The notes beneath the pieces were generated by a model. The model ran no database searches. It saw nothing but the letters and a program-made list of their open reading frames with translations, and was not told the origin of the DNA. Of a stretch of DNA of 64,000 bases, positions 39,310 to 47,887 are shown piece after piece (the first letter of the stretch is position 1; each line of letters opens with the position of its first letter). The DNA comes from an uncultured Gemmatimonadaceae bacterium (GTDB lineage Bacteria > Gemmatimonadota > Gemmatimonadetes > Gemmatimonadales > Gemmatimonadaceae): assembly GCA_963740355.1 (NCBI GenBank), contig CAVUDW010000003.1, positions 192,001-256,000 of the forward strand. Reading direction: 5' to 3'. The position numbers were made by a program, and so were the translations under genes.

Positions 39310-39816
39310 TCAGTCGCTCAGCAGTGCTGGGGTGCTCGCCTTGGTGAACAACACCGTACGGCGAGCGCCCTGATTCTCGACCTGCACGACGTTCACCTGA
39401 TCGGTGTGTGACTCCGTCATCATCTGGTTGCGCAGCCACGCGCCTTTCAGTCCTCGCGGCATCGTCGCACGAACACACACCCACACGAGGTCTTCAGCGC
39501 GCCGGGTGCCACACGGTTGCAACTGGATGAGCACACCACCGGCATCGCGGATGGCAAACTGCGCGCGCACATAGCGCAGCAGGTCAGCCTCCGACATCGC
39601 CGCACCAGATGGCAAGGGCTTGCCAGCGCTCTTCGCCACTGACGCCGCGAGATCATCAGCAAAGGCCCGGATCATGAGCGTGACGGTCTGGCCATCTGCG
39701 GTGACCTGCGTCATGGTGGTGTGAATCGCGTGCGCCTGCGCGACACTCGACAGCAGGACGAGCAGCGCAGCGGCACGCCGCGCGATGCGCGAGACGGTTG
39801 TCAGTCGGTGAGTCAT
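39310..39816 (-). CDS. DUF6702-like secreted protein
   Basis: Signal peptide ending AQA-HAIHTTMT, IRAFADDL, NQMMTE..DQVNVV. Confidence 0.72.
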   Translation of the reverse strand: MTHRLTTVSRIARRAAALLVLLSSVAQAHAIHTTMTQVTADGQTVTLMIRAFADDLAASVAKSAGKPLPSGAAMSEADLLRYVRAQFAIRDAGGVLIQLQPCGTRRAEDLVWVCVRATMPRGLKGAWLRNQMMTESHTDQVNVVQVENQGARRTVLFTKASTPALLSD

Positions 39817-39832
39817 GTCGGCGGCTTGTGCG

Positions 39833-41065
39833 TCAATCAGCGAGTGGAGTCTGCGGTGTGCTCACGCCGATGATGCGTGCATGGCGGGTGAGCAGCGGAT
39901 CTGGTGTGCCGAGTCGAAGCGCGGCGCGCATCGCCGCCTGTGCATCGGCATGTCGGCCGGATTTTTCCAGCGCCCAGGCGACGATGTCGTAGCCGTAGAC
40001 ATCCTTGCGAGCCCGAAGCTCTTCCTGCGCGCGCTCGAGCACTGTATCGACTTGCAGGCCGTGGTCGAGGAGGTAGAGGCTCCAGGCACGGTGATACGCA
40101 CCCGGCTGGAGACTCACCGCCACTTCGAGGGTGTGGAAATACTCGGCGGCTTTCGCGTGGTGGCCGAGAGCCTCTTCGGCATCACCAACCAGTCCCAGCG
40201 TGGCAGGGTCGAGCTGGCTCGCGATCGCCTTCTCACCCCACTCGACGACGTCGTGCCAGTCCTGTCGCGACGCCGCGAGGCGCGCCATTGCGGCGAGTAG
40301 TCGCGGATCCTCCGGTTCGATGCGCAGTCCGGCCTCGAATGCCGCTTCCGCCGCGTTGAGTCGGCCCGCGCGCAGTTCGAGGTCACCGACGCGCATCTCG
40401 AACCAGGCCTGCGTTTCGCTGGCCACATCGCGCCGCGAAAGGGCGTCGTCCCGCGCCGTCGTCAACAATGCGCGCGCTTCCGGCACATGGTTGTTCAGCT
40501 CCAGCCACCGTGCGAGACGCGCGGCGATGGTGAGCGTACTGCGAGCTTTCCAGACCGACCGGAAGAGCGTATCGGCAGCGCGATCGTCGCCCAGTTCCAT
40601 CGCAACTTCGGCCAGTGTCGCACGATACTCGGGCGTCTCCGGATCGTAGCGGACCAGGTTCTCCGCCACGACGCGCGCTTCGTTGAAGCGATGTTGCGCA
40701 AGCAGGATGGAGACGAGCGTCGACGAGGCCGCGGCATTCTTGTTCGTGCGCTTGGCGATCGAGCGACGGGCGAAGTCTTCTGCGGTGACGTAGTCCTCCC
40801 AGCCCCCACCCTCTCGCGCGCGCTGCAGGTGGAGCGCGGCGAGCTGGCCGGTGACGATCGCGCTGGTGGGATCCGCATCCAGCGCCTGATGCCAGACGCG
40901 GATCTGTACATCGCGGTTCGCCCGTTCGGAAAATCCTTGCACGCGCGGCGTCGCGGCCGGGGTGGCGGCCCGCGACTCCCGCGCGCTGCGGGCGAGCACC
41001 AAACCGCCGACCGTGACGATCACCGCCGCGGCGCTGATCAGGCGCATCGCCCGCATCGTATTCAT
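39833..41065 (-). CDS. Tetratricopeptide-repeat protein with N-terminal signal/anchor
   Basis: Repeated Ala-rich helical TPR-like units (AQHRFNEA, AEAAFEAGLRIEP, DVYGYDIVAWAL..SGR, ALRLGTPDP). Start overlaps the upstream stop (ATGA). Confidence 0.85.
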   Translation of the reverse strand: MNTMRAMRLISAAAVIVTVGGLVLARSARESRAATPAATPRVQGFSERANRDVQIRVWHQALDADPTSAIVTGQLAALHLQRAREGGGWEDYVTAEDFARRSIAKRTNKNAAASSTLVSILLAQHRFNEARVVAENLVRYDPETPEYRATLAEVAMELGDDRAADTLFRSVWKARSTLTIAARLARWLELNNHVPEARALLTTARDDALSRRDVASETQAWFEMRVGDLELRAGRLNAAEAAFEAGLRIEPEDPRLLAAMARLAASRQDWHDVVEWGEKAIASQLDPATLGLVGDAEEALGHHAKAAEYFHTLEVAVSLQPGAYHRAWSLYLLDHGLQVDTVLERAQEELRARKDVYGYDIVAWALEKSGRHADAQAAMRAALRLGTPDPLLTRHARIIGVSTPQTPLAD

Positions 41066-41619
41066 CGTGCGGCTTCGAGGTACGGGAACGTGGTCGGATA
41101 CGTGCGGACGCTGGTACTGATGTTGTCGGACGTCAGCCCGGTGACGACCGTCGCGTTCGCATCGAGCAGCTTGCCGAAGATGGCAGTCAGGCCTGCATCG
41201 ACGACGTCATCCTGGATCTTGCGGCCGCCGTATCCACCAGCGAGTGCCCAGCTGAGCCAGCCGGCGGTGTTGCCGGCGCGGTTCGGGTAGACCATCAACA
41301 TGTCGGGCACGAGCACGGCCGCGAGGGTGTTGGCGATCGTCGGGCCGCGATTGAAGGCGTTGGTGAATGCCTTGATCTTGTCGCCGAAGCCGTTTGCGAC
41401 GTCGGTGGCAGGGGCCGTGCTGTTGTGCAGGCCGTGGTCGCGCTTCATGAAGAAGACTTCGCTGACCAGCGGATTGCCGAGTCGCTCGACCTGGTTGTAG
41501 GTGCGGGTGACGTCAGGCGAGGTGGAGCCGCCACCGTTGTTGTCGTCCGAGCAGCCGGCGACGAGCAGAGGCAGGGCAAGCGCAGCACAGAGTGTGCGCG
41601 TACGGAACGTGGAACGCAT
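41062..41619 (-). CDS. DUF4331-family lipoprotein (C-terminal half of the family motif set)
   Basis: Lipobox LVAGC; QVERLGNPLVSE, LVPDML, GGRKIQDDVVD, TFPYL. Start ATG 41619. Confidence 0.8.
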   Translation of the reverse strand: MRSTFRTRTLCAALALPLLVAGCSDDNNGGGSTSPDVTRTYNQVERLGNPLVSEVFFMKRDHGLHNSTAPATDVANGFGDKIKAFTNAFNRGPTIANTLAAVLVPDMLMVYPNRAGNTAGWLSWALAGGYGGRKIQDDVVDAGLTAIFGKLLDANATVVTGLTSDNISTSVRTYPTTFPYLEAAR

Positions 41620-41663
41620 CGACAGATCCCGGAAGAGTGGTGTGATCGAATGAAGGCGGCGCA

Positions 41664-42386
41664 TCAGCGGCTGATCGTGCCCCACACGCCGAACTTCGCG
41701 TCGGCGGCGGTGCTGGACAGGAGCGCGGACTTCGGGAGCTCGATGGCGATCGCCAGCGTGTTGAACGGGCGCAGGAAGTCGACGCCAGGGGTGCGGAATG
41801 ACGTTGCGGCCGCACCATTCTGTGTCGCCAGCGGGCCGGTCGATGGGCGACGATCGGGGATGATGTTGAAGAACTGCTCGAGGTCGATCACGAACGGATC
41901 CGCCTTGAGACCAGCGAATGCCTGAATGCCTGCGGCGTCACCGCTGGCGCTGCCGACAGTGCCGGTGACGACGGTGCCGGAGGTAACGAGCATGGTCTTG
42001 GTGCCGGTCATCGTCGGCGCGACGGGACCGCGCACGGTGTACTTCTGTGCGGCGCCGACACCGTTGTCGAAGGTCACCTGAAAGACGAGATCCTCGACCG
42101 CGTCGCCGGTGTTGTCGACCTTCAGCTGGTACAGAAGGTTGGGATCGAACGAGGCGCTCTGCCCGGCAATGGGGCTCGAGGTGGTGAGCACCAGGGCAAT
42201 GCGCGAGTCGCTCGATCCCGGGAAGGCGTAGACATCGTTGATGTCCATGCGCGGGCTGAGCTCGACTTCAGGGGTATCCTGATGGTCTGAAGCGTAGACG
42301 CGCTGTCCGATTACGAGCGCTGCGGCACCGAGGGCAACCAGTGCCGTCGTGCGCAACGGGCGTCGCGAAAAGGAAGGAAGATTCAT
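41664..42386 (-). CDS. DUF4331-family secreted protein (N-terminal half of the family motif set)
   Basis: Signal peptide then ASDHQDTP, DINDVYAF, FDPNLLYQLKVDNTGDAVED, FAGLKADPFVIDL, NTLAIAIELP, VWGTISR. Start ATG 42386. Confidence 0.85.
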   Translation of the reverse strand: MNLPSFSRRPLRTTALVALGAAALVIGQRVYASDHQDTPEVELSPRMDINDVYAFPGSSDSRIALVLTTSSPIAGQSASFDPNLLYQLKVDNTGDAVEDLVFQVTFDNGVGAAQKYTVRGPVAPTMTGTKTMLVTSGTVVTGTVGSASGDAAGIQAFAGLKADPFVIDLEQFFNIIPDRRPSTGPLATQNGAAATSFRTPGVDFLRPFNTLAIAIELPKSALLSSTAADAKFGVWGTISR

Positions 42387-42480
42387 GTGTGGCGGCCGTG
42401 AGCGGGTGAGCGGCAGGTAGTTCACCGGTGACCTGTGAGAGGTCACACAGAGCCGGTCAGGATGGACCGGTTGCTCGAGC

Positions 42481-42505
42481 TACGACACGGACCGCCAATC
42501 GGATC
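42481..42505 (-). promoter_or_regulatory. ECF sigma-factor-like promoter for the DUF4331 operon
   Basis: Minus strand reads GATCC-N16-CGTA (aaGATCCgattggcggtccgtgtCGTAgc), about 95 nt upstream of the DUF4331 start. Confidence 0.55.
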
Positions 42506-42561
42506 TTTCCGCCAGAACATCGCTCTTCGCCGGGAGAGCCCCCTCCGCGGCGTGCAGTCCG

Positions 42562-43410
42562 TCAGGCCGGCCTGAACATCTGCCGCTGTGCGCCGAGGTG
42601 GGCCACGCGAAGGTCGACGACGTCGCCGGCGACGAGGAAGGTTGGCGGCGTCATCGCCATGCCGACACCCGGTGGTGTGCCGGTGGCGATCAGATCACCG
42701 GCCTCGAGCGTCATGAACTGCGAGAGGTAGTGTACGAGAAAGTACGGATCGAACACCATGTTGGCGGTCGTCCCGGTCTGCCGGCGAACGCCATTCACAT
42801 CCAGCTCGAGTGACAGCGCGTTGACGTCCGGGATTTCGTCGGGCGTCGCCATCCACGGTCCGGTCGGGGCGAACGTGTCGCACGACTTGCCTTTCGTCCA
42901 CTGCCCGCCGCGTTCCACCTGGAACTCGCGCTCGGACACATCATGCACGATGCAATAGCCGGCGATGTGCGATGCAGCATCGGCGACCGTGTCGAGGTAC
43001 CGCGCATCGCGGCCAATCACGATCCCGAGTTCCACTTCCCAGTCGGTCTTTTGGGACAGGCGCGGAATGAGCACGTCGTCGTACGGGCCCACGACGGTGT
43101 TGGTGCCCTTGAGAAAGACGATCGGCTCCCTCGGCACCTTGGCGCCGACTTCAGCGGCATGATCGGTGTAGTTCAACCCGATGCACACCACCTTGCCCGG
43201 TCGGGGCACACACGCCGCCCATCGCGCATCTGCCGGGACATCCGTGAACGCCACGCCCGATGCGAGCGCCTCGCGCAATTGCGTGAGGCCGCCAGACCGG
43301 AAGAACGCGGGCGTCCAGTCACTGAAGTGTGCCGAGCAGTCCTTGCGCACGCCATTCACGAGAATGCCAGGACGTTCGGCGCCGACAGCCCCCCATCGGA
43401 TCAGTTGCAT
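42562..43410 (-). CDS. Fumarylacetoacetate hydrolase family protein
   Basis: KVVCIGLNYTDHAAE, EPIVFLK, DWEVELGIVIG, HDVSEREFQ, GQWTKGKSCDTF, GDLIATGTPPGVG. Confidence 0.93.
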   Translation of the reverse strand: MQLIRWGAVGAERPGILVNGVRKDCSAHFSDWTPAFFRSGGLTQLREALASGVAFTDVPADARWAACVPRPGKVVCIGLNYTDHAAEVGAKVPREPIVFLKGTNTVVGPYDDVLIPRLSQKTDWEVELGIVIGRDARYLDTVADAASHIAGYCIVHDVSEREFQVERGGQWTKGKSCDTFAPTGPWMATPDEIPDVNALSLELDVNGVRRQTGTTANMVFDPYFLVHYLSQFMTLEAGDLIATGTPPGVGMAMTPPTFLVAGDVVDLRVAHLGAQRQMFRPA

Positions 43411-43459
43411 CAGTGTGACCTGGCGGAATGAAGGAACCTGCGGACAGTATTGAGAACGG

Positions 43460-43912
43460 TCATTTCTTCTTGCGCGGCGCGGATTCGTGGGCCGCGATCA
43501 TCCGCTCCACCGGCGTCGATGCGACGATGTCACCGATCACGTCCAGTGGAAGATCCTCGAGCTTCTTGAATCGGATGCAGCACTTCCCCATGTCGAGCTT
43601 CTTGCCAGCCGCCTTGAAGCCGGCGACAAGACGGTCGTGCAGCCTCTTGTCGCCGTAGACGTTCATCATGTAGATGGCGTAGTTGTTCTTCTGCGCGGCA
43701 AGCCCAATGTATGACAGCGGCTGCTTGTTATACGTGATCGGGTACCGGCTGAGCGGAACCTCGTACGAGAGCATGCCCCAGTTCATCGTTTCGACATAGC
43801 CGTCAGGCAGCCGCCGGTTCACCAGATCGCGAACCGCAGCGATCACCGCCCGACGCTCTGGTGGGAGGCTGGCGAGGTAGGCCGTCGGTGTGGTTTCCTT
43901 GCTCGAGACCAT
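43460..43912 (-). CDS. DUF1801 (YdhG-like) domain protein, copy 2
   Basis: YLASLPPERR, GYVETMNWGM, LAAQKNNY, LDMGKCCIRFK. GGAG RBS before ATG 43912. Confidence 0.88.
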   Translation of the reverse strand: MVSSKETTPTAYLASLPPERRAVIAAVRDLVNRRLPDGYVETMNWGMLSYEVPLSRYPITYNKQPLSYIGLAAQKNNYAIYMMNVYGDKRLHDRLVAGFKAAGKKLDMGKCCIRFKKLEDLPLDVIGDIVASTPVERMIAAHESAPRKKK

Positions 43913-43947
43913 CGGTGCTCCACCGTCAGGGTGAACGAGCGTGCAAG

Positions 43948-44397
43948 TCAGGCCTTCTCGCGTGAGGCTTCGTAGATCTCGATGCGCTTCTCCACGGGCG
44001 TCGACGCCACCATGTCCGCCACGACATCCAGCGGCAGCTCCTCGAGGGTCTTGAAGCGCAGGCATCCCTTCCCCATGTCGAGCTTCTTTCCCGCCGCCTT
44101 GTACGCTGCGGCGAGGCGCGCCATCAGCGTCTTGTCACTCGAGACACTGGTGAGGTAGAGTGCGTAGTTGTTCTTTTGCGCCGCAAGCGCCATGTACATC
44201 AGGGGCTGCTTGTTGTACGTATCGGGGTAGCGCGCGAGGGGAATTTCATAGGCCAGCATGCCCCAGTTCATCGTCTCGACATACCCTTTCGGCAAGTGCT
44301 TCTTCACCACGGTGCGCACTGCAGACACGACCTTGCGCCGTTCCGGTGGAAGGCTGGCCAGATACGCTGCGGGCGTGACTTCCTTGCTTGTTGCCAT
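43948..44397 (-). CDS. DUF1801 (YdhG-like) domain protein, copy 1
   Basis: Same motifs as the neighbour; GGAG RBS. Confidence 0.88.
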   Translation of the reverse strand: MATSKEVTPAAYLASLPPERRKVVSAVRTVVKKHLPKGYVETMNWGMLAYEIPLARYPDTYNKQPLMYMALAAQKNNYALYLTSVSSDKTLMARLAAAYKAAGKKLDMGKGCLRFKTLEELPLDVVADMVASTPVEKRIEIYEASREKA

Positions 44398-44469
44398 GTG
44401 CGCTCCATTGCCTGATCAGTGCGACCCGTGCTCGGACCGAGCGGCGATCCGATCAACACAATCGGCGAC

Positions 44470-45180
44470 GTGACAGCGCTGATCAAGTACCTCGGCAACC
44501 TTGGGTACGGATCTCGCCGTGAGGTGGAGGCGATGGTGAAGGCGCGGCGCGTGACACGCGCCGACGGCACGGTACTGCGCGACGAGGATCGCTGGACACA
44601 CGACGACCTCCGCCTGGATGGCGCCGGCCTCGATCCGGCCCCGGGATCGGTCCTGCTGCTGCACAAGCCGGTCGGCTACGTCTGCTCCACCAGTGACGTG
44701 CCGCCGTTGGTGTACGAGCTCCTGCCAGAACGCTTTCTACGCCGCAGGCCGGTGATCGCCACCGTGGGCCGTCTCGACCGCGACACGAGCGGCCTGCTGC
44801 TGCTGACCGATGACGGCGCCCTGAACCATCGGCTTACGTCGCCGAAGTCACACCTGCCGAAGACGTACCGCGCCACCCTCGCCGATCCCGTGCGCGGCGA
44901 TGAGGCGGTGCTTTTCGCCAGTGGCACGTTGCAGCTGAGCGGCGAGGACACCCCGCTCGCACCGGCGCAACTGGTGATCCTCGATCCGCAGACAGTGGAG
45001 CTCACACTTACCGAAGGGCGCTATCATCAGGCCCGGCGCATGTTCGCGGCCGTTGGCAATTTTGTCGTCACCTTGCACCGCACCCGATTCGGCTCGCTGT
45101 CACTCGACGACCTGTCATCCGGTGCCTGGCGCACGCTGTCGGACGCGGAGCGAATCCAGCTCGACGTGCGTCAGCGCTGA
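44470..45180 (+). CDS. rsuA: rRNA pseudouridine synthase, RsuA family
   Basis: S4-like GYGSRREV, HKPVGYVCS, VGRLDRDTSGLLL (catalytic Asp), EGRYHQARRMFAAVG. Start GTG 44470 (alternative 44419). Confidence 0.88.
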   Translation: MTALIKYLGNLGYGSRREVEAMVKARRVTRADGTVLRDEDRWTHDDLRLDGAGLDPAPGSVLLLHKPVGYVCSTSDVPPLVYELLPERFLRRRPVIATVGRLDRDTSGLLLLTDDGALNHRLTSPKSHLPKTYRATLADPVRGDEAVLFASGTLQLSGEDTPLAPAQLVILDPQTVELTLTEGRYHQARRMFAAVGNFVVTLHRTRFGSLSLDDLSSGAWRTLSDAERIQLDVRQR

Positions 45181-46382
45181 CGAGTCGCGCCGAGCACCTT
45201 GAAGCGCGGTCCGTCGTGCAGCATCGTGAGGTTGCCGAAGGTATCGTGCACGATCTTTTCGTACGGCAGCGTGCGATTCGCCACCAGCGCGACTCGACCT
45301 CCCGGCTTGAGCACGCGCCACGCGTCGAGAATGAACTGCGTCGGAACATCGAGGTCCGTCATCTTGCCGACGTGGAATGGCGGATTGCACACCACCAGAT
45401 CAAAGCGCTCGTCGAGCACTGCGGACGCGACATCACTGGTCAGTGCACGGCAGTTGGTATACGCCCCCAGCGCCAACGCACGCTCGACGCACCGAATGGC
45501 CTCGGAATCGACATCGACGAGGGTCACCGTGCCGGTATCGACGAGGTGTGATGCGAGCAGGCCGAGGGCTCCGCTTCCGCACCCGAGATCGAGCACATCG
45601 TCAGCGCTGCGCACCTCCATCACATCAGCGAGAATGGATGTGGCTTCATCGAGATGCTCCCAGGAGAACACGCCCGGCCGACTGTAGAGATGCAGAGGGG
45701 TCTCGCGCAGCGTGACATCCAATTCGCGGAAACTGTCGTGCGCCAGGTACGGGTTCTGGAACGGCGTAGCGTCCACCGGCGTGGCACCACGCTTGACCGC
45801 CATCACCGCGCGGTGCCCGCTGTCGTTGCCGAGGACCGTAGCATTCCCGAACAGCTCCTTGAGCAACGAGGCAGCAGATTTCACGCCTTCACCGGTGGCG
45901 CCGGCGATGCAGCACTGGCCCCCTATCCGCAGGATCCGGAAGGCGTCGGATAGCAGCTGCAAGAGCGCGATCTTCTCCGTCGGGATCCGGATCACGACCA
46001 CATCCGCGACCACCGATGGCTCGAGCGGCGCCGCGCCATGGCCGGCCAGCACGAGAGCATTCGTCACGCCATTGGCAGCGATCGTCCGCCGCGCCGCCTC
46101 GACGGCTACCAGGCTGCGGTCGGTGAGGTACACCTGCTTCGCGCCACGGCCGAGTGCGGCCACGACACCGAACAACCCACTGCCGCACTGCATCTGCACC
46201 ACGATCGCACCGGGCGAGACGACCACGCGCTCGGCAAGGAGTGTGGCGGCGGTATCATCCCGCCCATGCGCCAACAGGCCCGGCTTGGTCGCGACGGCGT
46301 ACGCATGGCCGGCGACGGTGACGGTACGCTGACGCCAGGTGTGGTAGTCGAGCGGACGAGCTGGGACGAAGCGATCGGCCAT
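45171..46382 (-). CDS. rsmC: Two-domain class I SAM methyltransferase, RsmC-like (16S rRNA m2G)
   Basis: Degenerate N-terminal MTS domain plus C-terminal PGVFSWEHLD, VLDLGCGSG, NPPFH, LVANRTLPY, FKVL. Start ATG 46382 (alternative 46454). Confidence 0.75.
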   Translation of the reverse strand: MADRFVPARPLDYHTWRQRTVTVAGHAYAVATKPGLLAHGRDDTAATLLAERVVVSPGAIVVQMQCGSGLFGVVAALGRGAKQVYLTDRSLVAVEAARRTIAANGVTNALVLAGHGAAPLEPSVVADVVVIRIPTEKIALLQLLSDAFRILRIGGQCCIAGATGEGVKSAASLLKELFGNATVLGNDSGHRAVMAVKRGATPVDATPFQNPYLAHDSFRELDVTLRETPLHLYSRPGVFSWEHLDEATSILADVMEVRSADDVLDLGCGSGALGLLASHLVDTGTVTLVDVDSEAIRCVERALALGAYTNCRALTSDVASAVLDERFDLVVCNPPFHVGKMTDLDVPTQFILDAWRVLKPGGRVALVANRTLPYEKIVHDTFGNLTMLHDGPRFKVLGATRQR

Positions 46383-46543
46383 CTTTTGTCGAAAGGAAGC
46401 AAACTCTGCCGCAAACTGTCGGGGCGGCTGGAGCCGGAAGGATAAGTCGTCCATTGATCCACCGTTGGGGACACGGGCACTGCGAGCGTTGCCCGCCGTC
46501 ATCCCCACAGGCAGCTTCAGGCACGGCCCTTTCCCTTCACTCG

Positions 46544-47650
46544 ATGCTTCCACTCCCCTCCGGAAGCCCGGCACGATACCTGAGCGGCGTGTATGCGGCG
46601 CTGCTGGTGGCGTTCACACCATCGCTCCACGCACAGGAAGTGCGCGGTTTGGCGCGATTTGACGCACGCGGCGACGCCGTCTGGGGTGCGAATGTCACGC
46701 TGATCGACTCGCTCGGTCGACAGGCTGGGACCGCGCGCACGAATCGACGCGGCGAATTCTCTGTGCGGGCGCCGCTGCCCGGGACGTATTGGCTCGAGCT
46801 GTCGGCACGCACCGTGGGCCGAACGTCATCACCGGTGTTCGTGCTCGACAGCGGTGCCACGTTGAATTACGAGCACGTCTTCCGCCAAAGCCTGTCGGCG
46901 ACCGCGCGTGGCGAGAACGTGACGGCGCAGACTGTCCTGCAGGGCCCGTTCCGTGACAGTAGCTCGGGCAAGGTGTACCGCGCCGTGGGCCGCAGGAAGA
47001 GCCCACAGGTGCAGGTCACGGTCCTCGACGCTCGCAACGAGTCCCCCATCGCCAACGCGGAACTGGCCCTGGTGGCGATCGACTCGCGCCTCGAGCAGGT
47101 GGTTGGCGCGGCGACGATGGCGGACGGCACGGCTGGCTTCCGCGACCTGCAGCCTACGTGGTACCGGGTGGTCGGTCGCCGGATCGGCTTCGAGCCTGGA
47201 GGCACGATCTCGTTCCCGATTCTCGGCGAGAACGACAGCGTCTCGGTCGTGCTGCGACTCAACACCGTGACCGTGCTGGACGAGGTGAAGGTGATGGAGC
47301 AGCGCATTACGGCCTTCGGGTTCAACCTCAACCTGATGAACCGCTTCTACCTCGGCGGTGAGCAGCTCCGCGAGCGCAATCCCTCGGCGCGCAACATCGA
47401 CGAGTTGATCTATTCGCTGCGCATCCCGGGCCTGAGCGTGAAGACCGGCGAAATGGAGTCCATCGTCACCTATCGCGGGCAACGTGTGCGCGTCTTCATC
47501 CTCGACGGCAGTCGCACCAACGGCGAACTGCCACTGCTCGAGCCGGGCTCGGTGGAATCGCTGATGTTCGTGCCGCCCAATGAAGCAGGCGCCGTCTTTG
47601 GGCCGGATGCGAGCGGCGGGGTGTTGATCCTGAATACCCGCCGGAGATAA
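46544..47650 (+). CDS. Secreted protein: two carboxypeptidase-regulatory-like domains plus a C-terminal TonB-plug-like domain, no barrel
   Basis: Signal peptide (SLHAQ); GANVTL...TNRRGEFSV..PGTY; VLDARNESPIANAEL..RRIGF; LDEVKV; ILDG...VESLMF..AGAVFGPDASGGVLILNTRR, then stop. Confidence 0.7.
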   Translation: MLPLPSGSPARYLSGVYAALLVAFTPSLHAQEVRGLARFDARGDAVWGANVTLIDSLGRQAGTARTNRRGEFSVRAPLPGTYWLELSARTVGRTSSPVFVLDSGATLNYEHVFRQSLSATARGENVTAQTVLQGPFRDSSSGKVYRAVGRRKSPQVQVTVLDARNESPIANAELALVAIDSRLEQVVGAATMADGTAGFRDLQPTWYRVVGRRIGFEPGGTISFPILGENDSVSVVLRLNTVTVLDEVKVMEQRITAFGFNLNLMNRFYLGGEQLRERNPSARNIDELIYSLRIPGLSVKTGEMESIVTYRGQRVRVFILDGSRTNGELPLLEPGSVESLMFVPPNEAGAVFGPDASGGVLILNTRRR

Positions 47651-47791
47651 CGCAGGCGGCGCGTTGTGGTGTCGCAGATTTCGTTAGCGCGTCACAATAA
47701 ACACATCGCGCAGCCTCGGCACGCAGGACGCATCAAAAACGACATACGCGTCTGCGATTTCCCTGCGTAGTACATCACGAATCGGGCATGT

Positions 47792-47818
47792 TCAGCTTCA
47801 CGCGAAACCGGTCGATAC
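47792..47818 (+). promoter_or_regulatory. Sigma-28-like promoter of MCP1
   Basis: TCAG-N15-GTCGATAC about 70 nt upstream of the MCP start. Confidence 0.65.
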
Positions 47819-47887
47819 AAGCAAGTACGGCTTGTCGCCCCCACCCTCCGCGACTGCAAGCCATACATCCTTACTCAAGAAACCGTT

